From Tricharina praecox (Eukaryota), in the NCBI RefSeq assembly GCF_024521635.1, contig NW_026250414.1, positions 987,965 through 1,007,964 on the forward strand: a stretch of 20,000 nucleotides of DNA, written 5' to 3'. Below, piece after piece: positions 18,408 to 20,000 of this stretch. The number at the start of each line of letters is the position of its first letter. The stretch's first letter is position 1. Position numbers and translations under genes: made by a program. The notes beneath the pieces are model-generated. The model was not told the DNA's origin. It was given only the letters and a program-made list of their open reading frames with translations, and ran no database searches.

Positions 18408-20000
18408 CTTTTTTTTCTTTCGTTTCTGTGGTGCTTCGGGATAGTATAGTAGCGGTAGTGCACTGTCAACGAGATGAGGGAGCTCCGATAGTTAAGGCGA
18501 GTTGGGTACCGGCCGCATCATATTCGTAACTTATGTGTATCCCCGCCCCCCTCTCCCCCCCATCCACGTCTGCCGTGTGTATGTACGACCTGCGTCCTAC
18601 CTACATCCTCATAAACGAGGCACCACACACAATTTTCGCATCGCATTGCATTTTGCGCATACACAGGGATTGGGAAAGCCGTGCACCTCCGTGGGGTGCG
18701 GTGTGTGTTCGCCAATCGGAATGCCACAATTTCAAGCACGGCTGTGGTGGTGGCAGTTAGACTCGGCTTTGCTGGGGACCCGGCAACTAGGAGTGAGTGA
18801 CCTAGTATTGAAGCCTGGGGGCGGGAAAGAGGAAGTCGAATAACCAACATGTATGCTCGGTATGTATGTGCCTAGGGGAAGCCTCCGTCCAGCCGTTTGT
18901 AAGGGCGACGGAACACCCGCCTGGCCTGCCTCTACTCTAGGTCTGACGTGTCTAGGAAGCAAGCGGGGGAAGGGGCCTTTGCCGTCGCGGTAGGCCTACT
19001 TGGGCATGTATCGTCGGTGAAGCGGAGGGGGTGGGGAGAGTCCAAGTACGAATGCCGGCAGTGGCTGACACCGATTGGCTGCACCATTGAGGATTCGCAG
19101 GCCGTCCGTGGGACTATGCATAGTTTGCACTGCAGCGCGCTTCTGTGGCGGACAGACTCCACAGTCACGACTCACCGGCGGGCCCCAATGAGGGAGGTCC
19201 TGGGACGGCAGGCAGGGGCGCCGGGTGTTATGCACAAGCGCTGTAACCGCGGGAAGTAAACGAATGACCAGAAGTCTCATTCAGCACCTCGGACTTCTCT
19301 GTATCCGTGGGTGGGGGTTCATGTGTGAACCCTCAGTTTCCAGCCATACGACTGTTATCAATCGCGACGGTTAAGGTGGGGGGCATGCAAGCACGGGGAC
19401 GCTGCCGAAGTAAATTTCGAAAAGTGACAGAACCTCACCGTCGCGCAGGGATTCCGGGCTCCAGCGAGGTGAGTCGGTACTCTACATGCCCTTCTCGGTC
19501 GTACGATCCCAGCCGTTGATATCCCTACGCACCTAGCATACTTCTCTTCATCAGCCGTGTGGGATGATTGGGGATACCTATAGATTACGCATGAGCATCG
19601 GAAAATAAGGGCGGGAGTCGGCATCACGTAACTACCTTCTTACCTACGCACTCTACTCTACCTTACCTAAAAAAAATAGGATGGCGAACAGTGAGAAGCC
19701 AGCCCTCTTTCCGACTACCAATGCCATCCGAGATTCGGAAACGCCATCCGAAGTCAGCCCTGCCATTCCTCGCGTGCGGTGTTCAGGCTTCTTCGCGTAA
19801 AATACGAACGGTCCGAGCCGGGACGTCTAGTAGACCGGGGCGTCTACATAGCCGGTGGATTGGCAGAAACGTGACGCAAATGTTCCCCTACCCGGGCCGG
19901 CTGCGGATAATCAAAATTTCGACGTGGCGATTACTATTAGCTCTATGATAACGGTTGAGCAACCACGGACTGTACACATTCGAACATCCGTACGCCACTG

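Noticed and set aside
19681-19800. 39-codon ORF MANSEKPALFPTTNAIRDSETPSEVSPAIPRVRCSGFFA* as a possible first exon
   Set aside because: No convincing intron or continuation within the window and no recognisable homology.

Overview
Eukaryotic DNA from a filamentous ascomycete (short GT-AG introns with CTRAC branch sites; the gene content suggests a pezizomycete, which is an inference). Six spliced genes can be rebuilt by hand, none fully captured by the ORF track: a 2OG-Fe(II) oxygenase (4592-5500, +), a LigB/DODA-type extradiol ring-cleavage dioxygenase (7696-6693, -), a divergently transcribed 128-aa protein of unknown function (8001-8440, +), a short, catalytically degenerate, tail-anchored aldehyde dehydrogenase-like protein (10084-8738, -), a CFEM-less PTH11-like membrane protein (14389-15476, +) and a 7-exon LaeA-like SAM methyltransferase (18407-16956, -). 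Two remnants of the same LINE family are present: a 5'-truncated copy with a 13-bp target-site duplication and (TC)n tail (3034-3574, -), and an older decayed copy with an internal 100-bp tandem duplication (about 15640-16400, +). The best candidate for an undescribed system is the compact LigB dioxygenase / small protein / pseudo-ALDH trio, possibly with the 2OG oxygenase, which looks like an uncharacterised aromatic-catabolism or pigment-type micro-cluster. All family assignments come from motif recognition, not from database searches.
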